This document shows positions 20,034-30,019 of a stretch of DNA of 64,000 nt, piece after piece (position 1 is the stretch's first letter; the number at the start of each line of letters is the position of its first letter). The position numbers were made by a program, and so were the translations under genes. Under the pieces are notes generated by a model, which was given only the letters and a program-made list of their open reading frames with translations, was not told where the DNA came from and searched no databases. Origin of the DNA: Candidatus Oxydemutatoraceae bacterium (GTDB taxonomy: Bacteria > Pseudomonadota > Gammaproteobacteria > Poriferisulfidales > Oxydemutatoraceae); NCBI GenBank assembly GCA_965220085.1, contig CBDCOZ010000003.1, positions 448,001 through 512,000 on the forward strand, in the 5' to 3' direction.

Positions 20034-20437
20034 TGAGCACGACCCTCGCACAACTCATGGAGCAAGCCGTCGCCGCCGTAGACACGGTAGAAGCAGCGAC
20101 CGCAAAGAACATGGTCGGCGATGCCAACACCCAGTTTGTCGATGTGCGCGACCTGCGCGAGTTACAAGAACACGGCAAGGTGCCGGGAGCGATTCACGCC
20201 TCGCGCGGCATGCTGGAATTTCTAATCGACCCGCAAAGCCCGTATCACGACAAAGCATTCGTGCCGGCAGGCGCGACGGAAGGCAAGCGCTATGTGATTT
20301 ACTGCAAGTCCGGCGGGCGCTCTGCTCTTGCCGCCGCCACAATGAAAGAGATGGGCTATCACAATATATGCCACATGGCGGGCGGCTTTCAGTCGTGGCA
20401 AGATTTAGAAGGCGAGATCGAGCAAGTAGATGACTAA
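20033..20437 (+). CDS. Rhodanese-like domain protein, copy 2
   Basis: Paralogue of 18549-18947, YCKSGGRS loop; ATG overlaps the upstream stop. Confidence 0.9.
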   Translation: MSTTLAQLMEQAVAAVDTVEAATAKNMVGDANTQFVDVRDLRELQEHGKVPGAIHASRGMLEFLIDPQSPYHDKAFVPAGATEGKRYVIYCKSGGRSALAAATMKEMGYHNICHMAGGFQSWQDLEGEIEQVDD

Positions 20438-21000
20438 TCAAGCATCTAAAAATGGAAAGCGCTGCGCGGTCTGTTGCAAGTCGAGCGGGCGCTCTGTTCT
20501 TGCCGTTGCAAGAATGCAAGAGATGGGCTATCACAATGTATGTCCCATGGCGGGCGGCTTTAAGTTGTGGCAAGATTCGGCAGGCGAGAGCGAGCGAACG
20601 GGTGACTAATCAAACATCTAAGAATCGAGTGAACGTCATGACTAATCAAGCATCTAAAAATCGAGCGAACGGCATGACTAATCAAGCATATGAAAAAGGG
20701 AAGCGCTACGCGGTCTGTTGCAAGAAGTTCTGCGGCGCGTTTAATCGCTCCCTGCATCTAAAAATGGAAAGCGCTGCGCGGTCTGTTGCAAGTCGAGCGG
20801 GCGCTCTGTTCTTGCCGTTGCAAAAATGCAAGAGATGGGCTATCACAATGTATGTCCCATGGCGGGCGGCTTTCAGTTGTGGCAAGATTCGGCAGGCGAG
20901 ATCGAGCAAACAGATGGCTAATCACGCATATGAAAGCGGGCGTAAAGCCTTGTTTTACGGGGGTTTTTCAAATAATCTGACAACTCGCATAAAACAGGGG

Positions 21001-21029
21001 TTGCAATGCGGATACTTTGTGTCTATAAT
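21001..21029 (+). promoter_or_regulatory. Putative sigma70 promoter of the catcher/scaffold operon
   Basis: TTGCAA (21001-6), 17 bp spacer, TATAAT (21024-9); AT-rich leader follows. Confidence 0.6.
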
Positions 21030-21174
21030 CTGCTGTCAAAGGGTAACCTTGACTAAAAAATAATTATCTATAAAATAATTTTTAAGAATTGATTTTGAAT
21101 TAGCGGCCTGCTGTTTTGTGTAACGATACAGAAATAGCAAGCCGACATAACTTTAACCGAAAAGAGGTTTGAAC

Positions 21175-22137
21175 ATGAAAATACAACTCAAGCAACTCGT
21201 ATTCTATTTTGCAACGACGATGGCTTTTGTCGTCTTGTTGTCGGCTCACGCGAATGCGCAAAGGTCAATGAACACTGGTTTGTCAGATTTTATTCCCGCC
21301 GATGATCCGTATTGTCATGATGGTGAGGATGATAATTTCGTATCGAGAACAACGGTGACCGGTTCGGATACGCCGGGTGATCGGGGTGATGAAAACATAT
21401 CACCCTGTGAGGACATCACATTGTCTGTGGGGAACGACGATGACGATGCCACCACCGACGATGCTCCCTTCCCCGCTAGTGTTGTGGATTGGGTGCTGGT
21501 TGACTTGCGACAAGCGGGCACTGCCGAAGGCGCCGCAGTCGGTGGTGTCGTCGCGCGCAAGCCGGCGTTATTGCTGAGTAATGGGCGCGTAGTGGATGCC
21601 GCAGGGTTTATTGCCTCGACAGGCGCCGACCCTGAGAATACCGCTTGCGCCGGTATCGCTGAAGACGAAACGAATTGCCCGGCGGTTCAATTTGGTTCTG
21701 ATGCGTTTGGGACAGGAAGTCCCGAAGATGGTAACTACTTTATTGTGATTCATCACCGCAATCATGCGTCAGTGATGACGGCCGCGGCAGTCACAGTCAC
21801 TGGTAGCGCAGGTGCCTTTGATTTTGCAGATGCGACGGCGCCAGACGCAATATTTGGTAGCACTAGTAAGATGGTTTCAGGTAATCCACCGGTACTGGCG
21901 GCCCTGGCTGGTGATTCCGCCGCCATTGCTTTTGGAGGGACCATTGCTTTTAGAAACAAGGATAATGGGGTGTTGCCGTCCGATTTTTTGGGTATGTTTC
22001 CTCGATCAGCCCAGGGGGGATATAATTTCGCCGATATAAATATGGATCAAACTGCCGCGCCGTCTGATTGGCTTCCATACCTGTCACCTTCAAATAATCT
22101 AAGTCTAGGTACTGGGATTACAGTACAACCAAATTAA
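21175..22137 (+). CDS. Secreted protein: 'VVDWVLVELR/HRNH' domain lacking its first strand, plus degenerate dockerin-like C-terminus (putative catcher/adaptor)
   Basis: Sec signal ending AHANA|Q; mature start RSMNTGLSDFIPADDPY; VVDWVLVDLR, ARKPALLLSNGRVVD, YFIVIHHRNHASVMT, AFDF, AGD..D..V.PSD and GYNFADINMD..SD motifs. The CDS is solid; the function is inferred. Confidence 0.75.
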   Translation: MKIQLKQLVFYFATTMAFVVLLSAHANAQRSMNTGLSDFIPADDPYCHDGEDDNFVSRTTVTGSDTPGDRGDENISPCEDITLSVGNDDDDATTDDAPFPASVVDWVLVDLRQAGTAEGAAVGGVVARKPALLLSNGRVVDAAGFIASTGADPENTACAGIAEDETNCPAVQFGSDAFGTGSPEDGNYFIVIHHRNHASVMTAAAVTVTGSAGAFDFADATAPDAIFGSTSKMVSGNPPVLAALAGDSAAIAFGGTIAFRNKDNGVLPSDFLGMFPRSAQGGYNFADINMDQTAAPSDWLPYLSPSNNLSLGTGITVQPN

Positions 22138-22204
22138 GGAAAATACTATGAAATCAATCATGAATTTTTTACCAGACAAATCAAAATTAGTAGGAGTAAA
22201 TACT

Positions 22205-25200
22205 ATGAAATCAATTATGAAAAGAACATTTATCGGCTTATTTAGCTTAAGCATAATAGGCTTCGGAAATGTCCTATATGCACAGGATGCTGATCCTGCT
22301 TATGAGGAAGGTTTTTATGTGGGAGGCAATCCTACTGATGCCACATGTTCCGGTTGCGAGGAAGCAGAGATTCGTTTCAGCAACGCGACCGTTTCGGGAG
22401 AATCCTTTTCCTTTGATGTGGATATGAAGCCGGAGGCGACGGTCGGACTTGCTTCTTTCGGAGTGAGGGTCCAGTTGAACACTGATGCGATTAACAGAGC
22501 CGAGTGCGCGGTATCAAATGCCAGGCCTCCCGCAGCCGGAAGTGATATAACTGCTGTAGCAGATACCATCGCCGATGACAGATTTAACGTTATTTTGTCC
22601 AGACTCCCACAAGTGCTTGGTTTTGGCCCCAGCACGTCATTGTCAGACTTTATAGTGGTGAACGCTAATGTTTGGAACAGGATGTTTACAATGACCTGTC
22701 CTATAACGGATAATACGATGCCTGCTGAGATAGCATTCCACTCGGGTCTATGGAAGGAAGCTGCAAGAATTAATCTTACGCCTACTCTTGGGGCAGGAGA
22801 AACTAGATCTATAACAATTGCGTTGCGAGCAACGAACGCTTTGCTTGATGCACCGCTGTTTGAAGTGCCCTTCATGGTGGGTTACACGCTGGACGAGTGG
22901 GTGGGAGAGCCATCCGCAACCAGCCCGACTGTCACGGTCTATGACACGTTGAAGTACACGGTCAATTTCTCCGGTTCAATAGTGAGCGGACCGGATGAGA
23001 TCATGTATGACTTGGAAGCTGTGCGCAGAGATGGTTCCGTCATCGCTGCCGGCACCACCAGAGGCGGCGGTGCGGCGGCGGCCAGCACGGCTACTGCCAC
23101 TGCCACTACCGAGACTGCTGTTGCTCAGGGTTCCCCATCTGTCGTTGTTCTTCTGGATAGCATTATGGGGACGGGCACTACCGCCAGCGCTACTATTCTT
23201 ACGGATGCGGGCACTGCGACTGGTGTTATTATTCGGGAGAGCATTCCGGTCACTAGCGGCACTGCTGCCGGCGATTCCGGCCCGATTACGGGTGTCGTCC
23301 TTCCGGATGACGTTACCGAGGCGCTTACCGTTACAGAGGTAGAGGCCAACGGGACCTATACGGTGGAATTGAACAAAGGCGTCATCATTAATTTTGACAG
23401 CGAAGAAAACGCCGATAATCCAATTGACTACTATCGCATAGCGATGTACACGGGTTCGTCGGTGGTTCTGAATGCGACCGCGATAAGTGATGATATGTAT
23501 GCTTATACGCTACCGGATGAGGATCGAATACCGGTCCAAGACGAATGGGCGGCGACATTTAGCGATGTCACGGCGATTCCCATTAGCCGACTAGGCGACG
23601 ACAGGTTCCATGTCATCGTGAACTTCGGCGCTCCGGTGTCCGCTATTGATACCGCTGCCGGCGAAATCGCCATGAGTGTGATGTCTAATGGCGGCACGAT
23701 CACGGGCGCTTCGGTGGTGCCGGGTTCTCTCAGGCTGGGTTTCCCAACCGGTGTGAATCTGAACACCAATCCGACCGAGCTGATGGCAGTGGAGGCCGAG
23801 GCGAATGTGGTGAGCTTTATGGTTGACCCGACGGGTACTTTGGATCAAGGCGAATCAGCGCTTGGCAACGAAGTATTCACGGCGACCTTGCCATCCGGCT
23901 TGATTACCGTCGAAGGCACCAGCGAGTTTGATCCGCTGGAGTTTGAGGCCATTGAGAATGGCGCTCCGGAGATCAGAGCTTTCATGGTGTCTACTCAGAG
24001 CAAGGTCTACACAATAGGGGCCAACGATGCTCGTACGCTCGGAGATATCATCTATACGGCGACATTCACCGAGCCGGTTGGCGCCATTGCGGGTCAATTG
24101 AGAGCCGCTCTGACGACAACCGCCAAGCTTCACCCGCTGTCGGAAGACAGAATCATTGCGGGCATAGCGGGTTTGACCGCCGGCGCTTCTGTTACCGACG
24201 GGACGATTGCCTTCGGCGAAGCATTAAACCAGAGGCCGACGGTGTCTGTTTCGGGTAACGAAGCGACTCTGACCTTCTCGAATGTTGAGATCAGCAGCGA
24301 TGTGAACAGTCTTGTCGCTGTGATCGAAGCGGGTAGCCCTGTATTTGGTCTGGTTGAGGATTGCGAAAGCCTCACCGGCTGGTACACGGCTCCGGACGGC
24401 AGTCCGCGGCGCAATGCCAGAACGGATGCTTGTGTGGCACAAGAAGCCGCCGATGCGCCGACTGGCGATGTGGTGAGCGCTGAGCCTGCGCCAGTAGAAG
24501 GCGCCGGAACCGGCGCGCCGACTGATCCACACAGAGTTTCGCGTGTTGCCGGCCTTTATGTCGGAACACTGGCGGAGCGTATGGAGCATTTCCGCTGGAC
24601 AGTTAGCGCCGGCGTTGCGACAGTGGAGCCTCAGAATGCCAATGGCGATCCGTTCCCGCTTCGCGACCAAATGCGCAGTGTGCCGTTTCAGGTTCAATGG
24701 AGAATAGCCGATGCCAGAGGGTTCTCGCTCAGAGGCATGGAGGCTACGGCGTTGCAATACTATCAATTCCTTGAGGAAGTCGAGTTCAGAGACCGGCTGA
24801 CGGTCGTGCCTGACGGTGAGACCGCGGCTACGGTGATAGTTGAAAGAACTACCCGTACCGATGCTGTGGCTGTTCCGGTGGCTCTGGTAGACCCTGTCTC
24901 TGACGATGCGTCATTTGCAGCAGGGTTTGCCCCAGGCGCTAATCAAGGACCCGTTGAGATTCCTTTTGCTGATGCGACCCAGTTGATATATAGGATCAGC
25001 ACTTCCAGCACTGTTTGGAGAATGGGTGAGCCTTTGACAAGCTTGGCAACCGCCGTCTATGCCGCTGGCATTGTCGACCAAGCCAGAGCCGCTCGGCTGA
25101 ATGCCGGACAAACTCCGCCGGCAGTGGTGACGGGTGTCAGCCAGGGCTTCTTACAAGTGCAAGCCGGTAACACGGTGACGGTGACCTATGAAAATGGCAT

Positions 25201-26257
25201 GTCAGGCCCGGGTGCCCCCTGTGATTTGCTGGCGCTACCCGGCGCTACCGATGCATGTTCAAGCCTCCACGAGATGACGATAAGCACCTCGACAGAAGTC
25301 ACGGTGATGGCTATGCTGACGGGACGAAACGTTGAGTTGACAATAGATGCCAGCGCGCATGCTATTGGCGATATTGTTTCCCTTGGGCTTGACCTGAGAC
25401 ATGCCGGAAGCACCGAGTTCGTTCTGCCCCTCAACCTCGTAGTGGTGAATGACGCGGACGCGGAGATATTGGGAGGCGCCGACGCTAATGGCAACGGTAT
25501 CCCGGATGCGCAAGACATGGCGAGCGCTTACATTCTGCCTCTGAGCTCCATGGCCCTCTATGCTGCGCCGACCGACCGGTACAGCCTGTCGGCGAGAGTC
25601 GGTTATCGGACGCTTAGTCGCTTGGCAAGCCGCGTGGAAGGCGCTGACATGTTGGAAGCGCGTAACTTCCGCATGGGTGATCTCCCCGGTGTGTTTGGTT
25701 CCAATGATGCGGACATAATAGCTCTGCACTTTGCGAACTACAATGTCATGAGCGATGTCGTGGATGGCAATTATGTCGCCGGAAGAGTCGGCTTGGTGTT
25801 CTCACTGAACGGAGTGAGCGCTCTTACGGATGTCCCGGTGCGCTTTGAGAAGTACAGCGGGCGGACATTTGAACCCGTAGAAGGCAGCGATGCCGAATAC
25901 GGCACATTCAATAGTCAGGGTACCGTTGTCGGTACTGATGACTGTCCGGAGGATAACGGCTATGCCTCTTCGCCGTATCGTGACGCTGAGGGCAACCTCA
26001 TGACCGGTCGCGGTGATTGCATGGTTGTCTACATCACTGACGGCGGACAGTACGATGAAGATGGGCAGCGCAACGGGGTCGTAGTTGACCCGGGTCGTGC
26101 TGCTATCGGCGCCGCGCCTGAGGCTCCTCAGCCTACTGTCACCACCGGCGGTGGCGGCGGTGGCGGTGGCGCTATCGCTTTGAACGAAGTAATAGGCTTA
26201 CTTGCTCTGTTGGGACTGGTGGCCTACGGCATACGTCGGCAGCGTAGATACGAATAA
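22205..26257 (+). CDS. Large secreted surface protein: possible cohesin-like N-domain, Ig-like repeats, choice-of-anchor U-like domain, GlyGly-CTERM
   Basis: Signal peptide (VLYA|Q); beta-rich acidic body; ITDGGQYDEDGQRNGVVVDPG; C-terminus GGGGGGGG-AIALNEVIGLLALLGLVAYG-IRRQRR (Gly-rich, TM, basic). Alternative in-frame start at 22148. Confidence 0.85.
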   Translation: MKSIMKRTFIGLFSLSIIGFGNVLYAQDADPAYEEGFYVGGNPTDATCSGCEEAEIRFSNATVSGESFSFDVDMKPEATVGLASFGVRVQLNTDAINRAECAVSNARPPAAGSDITAVADTIADDRFNVILSRLPQVLGFGPSTSLSDFIVVNANVWNRMFTMTCPITDNTMPAEIAFHSGLWKEAARINLTPTLGAGETRSITIALRATNALLDAPLFEVPFMVGYTLDEWVGEPSATSPTVTVYDTLKYTVNFSGSIVSGPDEIMYDLEAVRRDGSVIAAGTTRGGGAAAASTATATATTETAVAQGSPSVVVLLDSIMGTGTTASATILTDAGTATGVIIRESIPVTSGTAAGDSGPITGVVLPDDVTEALTVTEVEANGTYTVELNKGVIINFDSEENADNPIDYYRIAMYTGSSVVLNATAISDDMYAYTLPDEDRIPVQDEWAATFSDVTAIPISRLGDDRFHVIVNFGAPVSAIDTAAGEIAMSVMSNGGTITGASVVPGSLRLGFPTGVNLNTNPTELMAVEAEANVVSFMVDPTGTLDQGESALGNEVFTATLPSGLITVEGTSEFDPLEFEAIENGAPEIRAFMVSTQSKVYTIGANDARTLGDIIYTATFTEPVGAIAGQLRAALTTTAKLHPLSEDRIIAGIAGLTAGASVTDGTIAFGEALNQRPTVSVSGNEATLTFSNVEISSDVNSLVAVIEAGSPVFGLVEDCESLTGWYTAPDGSPRRNARTDACVAQEAADAPTGDVVSAEPAPVEGAGTGAPTDPHRVSRVAGLYVGTLAERMEHFRWTVSAGVATVEPQNANGDPFPLRDQMRSVPFQVQWRIADARGFSLRGMEATALQYYQFLEEVEFRDRLTVVPDGETAATVIVERTTRTDAVAVPVALVDPVSDDASFAAGFAPGANQGPVEIPFADATQLIYRISTSSTVWRMGEPLTSLATAVYAAGIVDQARAARLNAGQTPPAVVTGVSQGFLQVQAGNTVTVTYENGMSGPGAPCDLLALPGATDACSSLHEMTISTSTEVTVMAMLTGRNVELTIDASAHAIGDIVSLGLDLRHAGSTEFVLPLNLVVVNDADAEILGGADANGNGIPDAQDMASAYILPLSSMALYAAPTDRYSLSARVGYRTLSRLASRVEGADMLEARNFRMGDLPGVFGSNDADIIALHFANYNVMSDVVDGNYVAGRVGLVFSLNGVSALTDVPVRFEKYSGRTFEPVEGSDAEYGTFNSQGTVVGTDDCPEDNGYASSPYRDAEGNLMTGRGDCMVVYITDGGQYDEDGQRNGVVVDPGRAAIGAAPEAPQPTVTTGGGGGGGGAIALNEVIGLLALLGLVAYGIRRQRRYE

Positions 26258-26291
26258 TAATAAACTGTCATTAGCTTTTAGCTATACCTAT

Positions 26292-26326
26292 AAAGGCACA
26301 CTCCGAATGGGGTGTGCCTTTTTTTT
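26292..26326 (+). terminator. Rho-independent terminator
   Basis: AAAGGCACACTCC-GAAT-GGGGTGTGCCTTT hairpin followed by a T-tract. Confidence 0.85.
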
Positions 26327-26371
26327 ATGGGAATTATGTGCCCGAACAGATAAATGAGATTGCCGCTTCTT

Positions 26372-26700
26372 GAGCAGCAGCAGGTCCTTAATTGTCGCTT
26401 GGCCGGCTTCTTATTCTCATATATTGCCCCTGTCGGCAGCTTGCTTAGCAGCGCATCTTTTGCCGCTTCGGCGAACGCCTTGAGGGATATTTTCTTGTGC
26501 CCCCTAAAGACGGCTTGTTTTCGCTTAGATTGCCGCTTTTTGAGCGAGTAGCGGGTTCTTAATTGTCGCTTGTCGGCCTCTTATTCTCATGCATTGACCC
26601 TGTCGGCGGCTTCTCTGGCAGCACATCTTTTGCCGCTTCGGCGAATGCCTCAAGAGATATTCTCTTATGGTCACCCTTATAAAGACGGTTTATTTTCGCT
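26372..26700. repeat. Degenerate direct duplication, about 170 bp x2
   Basis: ttaattgtcgcttg..ttattctcat..catcttttgccgcttcggcgaa..aagacgg..ttttcgctt occurs at ~26388-26526 and ~26559-26701. Confidence 0.7.
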
Positions 26701-26929
26701 TGGTGAGTCTCTTGTATGACAGCCGCTTGCCACCGTGCTTTTGGCTGACGCTTTCATGCGATCCGTTATGAATCCGGTCGATAACCCGCAAATCTTTATA
26801 TTCCAATGTTTTCGGGATTGCCTGTGTATTCGGTATATAATTCCTTTTTTATAGGGGGCGCGGCATTTGATGCCGTTACCAACCCTATGTATTCGGTATA
26901 TAATTCCTTTTTTATAGAGTGATTCAATT

Positions 26930-27607
26930 TTGCAAATGAGACATTACACCACAGCCGACACCTGCCATATCGTTTACGATGTTTTTCCAGTGATATTGGC
27001 ATTGGCATCGCTGGTTCTTGTGTGCACATCGCACAGCGATAAATTTCTGTATGACAGAGAGTTGCTCATGGAAGGGGAGTTATGGCGATTGATTACCGGT
27101 CATCTCAGCCACCTTACAGCCGGGCACGGGGTCCTCAATCTATGCGGCTTGGCGATTCTTATGATAGCGGGATATGGCATGGTCGGGCTGGGGATAGGTG
27201 TGCAACTGATTTGCTTGCTGTGCTTCGCTTTGCTGATATCGACGGCCTTTTATTTCTCCCTCCCCGACCTGCAATATTATGGCGGCCTGTCGGGCGCCTT
27301 GCACGGGCTTTATGCCCTCATTGCGGTCGTATATGGGTGTCCCCCCATAGGCGCTGTTGCCAATACCGGAAAATCGCTGTCTATGCCCCAAAAAGCGGCT
27401 TTTTTTACCCCGACTGCTATCGGCGGCATAATGTTGCTCGCGATGGCGGCTAAAGTCGTCTACGAGGTCTTTTTTGACCAGAATCGCTCAATAGATGGCA
27501 TACCTGTCCTCGTCGAATCGCACACAATTGGCGCACTGGCGGGCATCGGCGTATCGTTTGTGCTGATTCTTTTAATCCTTGAAGGCAAAGTAAAGCTGCT
27601 ACGCTAG
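26930..27607 (+). CDS. rrtA: Rhombosortase (GlyGly-CTERM-processing rhomboid protease)
   Basis: GELWRLITGHLSH..H..LN, catalytic Y.GLSGALHG, and SHTIGALAG His motif; adjacent to a GlyGly-CTERM gene. Start uncertain. Confidence 0.88.
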   Translation: MQMRHYTTADTCHIVYDVFPVILALASLVLVCTSHSDKFLYDRELLMEGELWRLITGHLSHLTAGHGVLNLCGLAILMIAGYGMVGLGIGVQLICLLCFALLISTAFYFSLPDLQYYGGLSGALHGLYALIAVVYGCPPIGAVANTGKSLSMPQKAAFFTPTAIGGIMLLAMAAKVVYEVFFDQNRSIDGIPVLVESHTIGALAGIGVSFVLILLILEGKVKLLR

Positions 27608-27727
27608 TACCAACCATTGCCTCTCCTGCGCATTGCGCCGGATGCCGTGCGACGGTTTCTTTAAGGCTGGCACCGAGATTTCGGCAACCGCGCAAAAACC
27701 ATCCCGCAAACTCTCTTTCATGGCGCA

Positions 27728-27900
27728 CCCCATAAACAACCCGCAAATAGTTTGTGGAGCACAAACAACTGATCAAGGACACACAAACAGTTTATGGAGC
27801 ACAAACAGTTTAAGGAACCACAAACAACAAATCAAGGACACAAACAACAGAGTTGTTTGTGCTCTTATCACCGTGCTCTCATTACCGTGCCTCATTAAAT
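27728..27900. repeat. Dispersed CACAAACAA/TTGTTTGTG composite repeat element
   Basis: Several CACAAAC boxes about 20 bp apart, then an inverted TTGTTTGTG; homologous to ~52186-52392, ~53586-53792 and ~56843-56932. Confidence 0.75.
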
Positions 27901-27903
27901 ATT

Positions 27904-28182
27904 ATAAGTAACCCGCAAACAATTGAGTATCATAAGTAACCCGCAAACAATTGAGTATCATAAATAACCCGCAAACAATTGAGTATCATAAATAACCCGC
28001 AAACAATTGAGTATCATAAGTAACCCGCAAACAATTGAGTATCATAAATAACCCGCAAACAATTGAGTATCATAAATAACCCGCAAACAATTGAGTATCA
28101 TAAATAACCCGCAAACAATTGAGTATCATAAATAACCCGCAAACAATTGAGTATCATAAATAACCCGCAAACAATTGAGTAT
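27904..28182. repeat. Tandem repeat, 28 bp x10 (TAARTAACCCGCAAACAATTGAGTATCA)
   Basis: ACCC anchors at 27911, 27939 ... 28163 with exact 28-bp period and no spacers. Confidence 0.95.
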
Positions 28183-28239
28183 TGTTTGCGCACCATGGCC
28201 GCGCACCATGGCCGCGCACCATGCTCGCATAGCCGGTTT

Positions 28240-28675
28240 GATAGACAGTTTGGATTCGCTATCGGCGTCCCTCGTGGCAACAGTATCAACGCCGAGTTCT
28301 TTGTGAAGTTGATGATGCAAGTCTTTCCCGGCAAGATAGAACAAGCGCTCACCGACAACGGCTCCGAGTTCTGCGGCGCGTTTGATCGCTGCCTGCAAGA
28401 GCAAGGTATCGCCACTGCCACACATACTCGGATGCCCGAAGATGAAGGCATTCCATGAGCGCTTTCACCGCGCGATTCGGGAAGAACCTGCGGAGTTTGA
28501 AGAGGGCTTGTTGCTGACCGACATCCGGGCATTTCATGATTGTCGGATAAAATATCTGCTATGGTTTAATACCCAACGACCACATTACGGATTGAGGCTC
28601 CAAACACCTATGGCACAAATTACACAATATTTGCCCAAAGTTTCCAATATGTACTGGCATCCTACGCCGAATTGA
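28240..28675 (+). mobile_element. Frameshifted IS transposase remnant (DDE integrase core, IS481/IS3-like)
   Basis: LTDNGSEF in one frame; PKMKAFHERFHRAIREE..FNTQRPH.GL..TP in the next frame; 5' part missing. Confidence 0.8.
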
Positions 28676-28730
28676 GCGTTGCGCAACATTGTGCTATGAT
28701 GACCGCATTGATTCGTTGGGAGTATTTGAT

Positions 28731-29525
28731 ATGACTGCTATGACTGCCATGACCGCGCCACAACGCCTGCTTCGCTGGCTTGTTGTCGCCTGCATTGCGG
28801 GTGCGCTGGCGCTGGCGTTGCCGGTAGTTTGGGATCTCATAGCGCCGGCCGATGCCGCCACGCCGAGCGCACAGCAAGCCTCCGGAGCGGGCGCAGCACA
28901 AGCGGCCGCACAGGCCGGCCTGAGCCTCTGGCAGGCGCTGTCCATAATGGGAGCCGGTTTTGCCTTGATTATGAGCGCCCTCGTGGGCACATGGATATGG
29001 CTAGATGCCAAATTCGGACGCATGGAAGCCAAGTTTGACGACAGGTTCAAGGAAGCGGATGCCAAGGCGGATGCCAGAACCAGAGAATCGGAGGCCAAGG
29101 TGGATGCCAGATTTGAGCGCATGGAAGCCAAGTTTGACGACAGGTTCAAGGAAGCGGAGGCCAAGGCGGATGCCAGATTTGAGCGCATGGAAGCCAAGTT
29201 TGACGACAAGTTCAAGGAAGTGGATGCCAGATTTGAGCGCATGGAAGCCAAGTTTGACGACAAGTTCAAGGAAGTGGATGCCAGATTTGAGCGCATGGAA
29301 GCCAAGTTTGACGACAAGTTCAAGGAAGTGGATGCCAGATTTGAGCGCATGGAAGCCAAGTTTAGCGACAGGTTCAAGGAAGTGGATGCCAGATTTGAGC
29401 GCATGGAAGTCAAGTTTGAGCGCATGGATGACAAGTTGAATGCCATTATCATGCATCTGGCAGGCATCAAGCGGGGCGACGATACGTTGCGCATTCAGGA
29501 TCAACGCCCCGAGGAAGCGTTGTAA
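28731..29525 (+). CDS. Membrane-anchored coiled-coil protein with 18-aa (54-bp) repeats
   Basis: GGAG RBS; two N-terminal hydrophobic segments; FERMEAKFDDKFKEVDAR repeated about 6-7 times. Confidence 0.8.
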   Translation: MTAMTAMTAPQRLLRWLVVACIAGALALALPVVWDLIAPADAATPSAQQASGAGAAQAAAQAGLSLWQALSIMGAGFALIMSALVGTWIWLDAKFGRMEAKFDDRFKEADAKADARTRESEAKVDARFERMEAKFDDRFKEAEAKADARFERMEAKFDDKFKEVDARFERMEAKFDDKFKEVDARFERMEAKFDDKFKEVDARFERMEAKFSDRFKEVDARFERMEVKFERMDDKLNAIIMHLAGIKRGDDTLRIQDQRPEEAL

Positions 29526-29601
29526 TGAGACGAAAGGCGGAGTGGCAAAGACACTTGCAAACTGCCAACCAATTTATACGGCCGCCGTCAGAAGGAATGC
29601 C

Positions 29602-30013
29602 ATGAGCCGACAATTTTTAATCTCTCTCCCCTATGCGCATTCATTTTTGCGGCGGGGTTTGCGCGGCGCCGGCGCTCGCTTGCGCCTTCGTCGCGAACAG
29701 CGCACAAGCGCAAAAATGTGATCCAGACAAGCCGCTAATAGACCCGGAAGGCGGTTGCTGGGACATATGTCCGGCAGAATACCCGCTGTTAAACGGAAAC
29801 GCTTGCGTCGCCGCATGTCCGACAGACAAGCCGCTGACAAACGAAGGCTCTTGCGTTGCCGGTTGTCCGCAAGGACGAGAGGCTGTTAGCGGAACTTGCT
29901 ATGCCGTCTGCGAAGAAGGGCAAACGCGCCTCACGAAAGTAATTGGCGTTGGCGCTCCCGATGATACCGGTTGCGATGCCGAAGACGCGGCGGAGATTCT
30001 GCAGGATTGTGAG
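29602..30013 (+). pseudogene. Truncated orphan of the Cys-rich class A family with extra Cys-rich N-terminal repeats
   Basis: AAGGA RBS + MSRQFLI at 29602, out of frame with the ORF from 29633 (CAA..LACAF.ANSAQAQ...GQTRLTKVIG..DDTGC..DA..IL.DCE). Homology to class A stops at DCE, where the 360-bp repeats start. Confidence 0.6.
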
Positions 30014-30019
30014 TTCCTG

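Larger units (their letters stand above)
18977..20930 (+). repeat. Nested degenerate tandem duplications of the gspN 3' end, intergenic region, coiled-coil gene and rhodanese gene
   Basis: 18977-19100 and ~19633-19715 copy gspN segments; ~19055-19601 copies ~17985-18549; ~20450-20610 and ~20760-20925 are decayed rhodanese 3' halves. Confidence 0.85.

Noticed and set aside
20452-21063. 203-aa ORF as a novel gene
   Set aside because: Out-of-frame reading of two decayed rhodanese 3' duplicates running into the promoter region.
22148-22219. Duplicated MKSIM start of the scaffold gene as a regulatory leader
   Set aside because: A short duplication of RBS plus start; both starts are in frame and nothing indicates a function.
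27904-28182. CRISPR array (28-bp repeats)
   Set aside because: Repeats are directly adjacent with no spacers, and there are no cas genes in the window.
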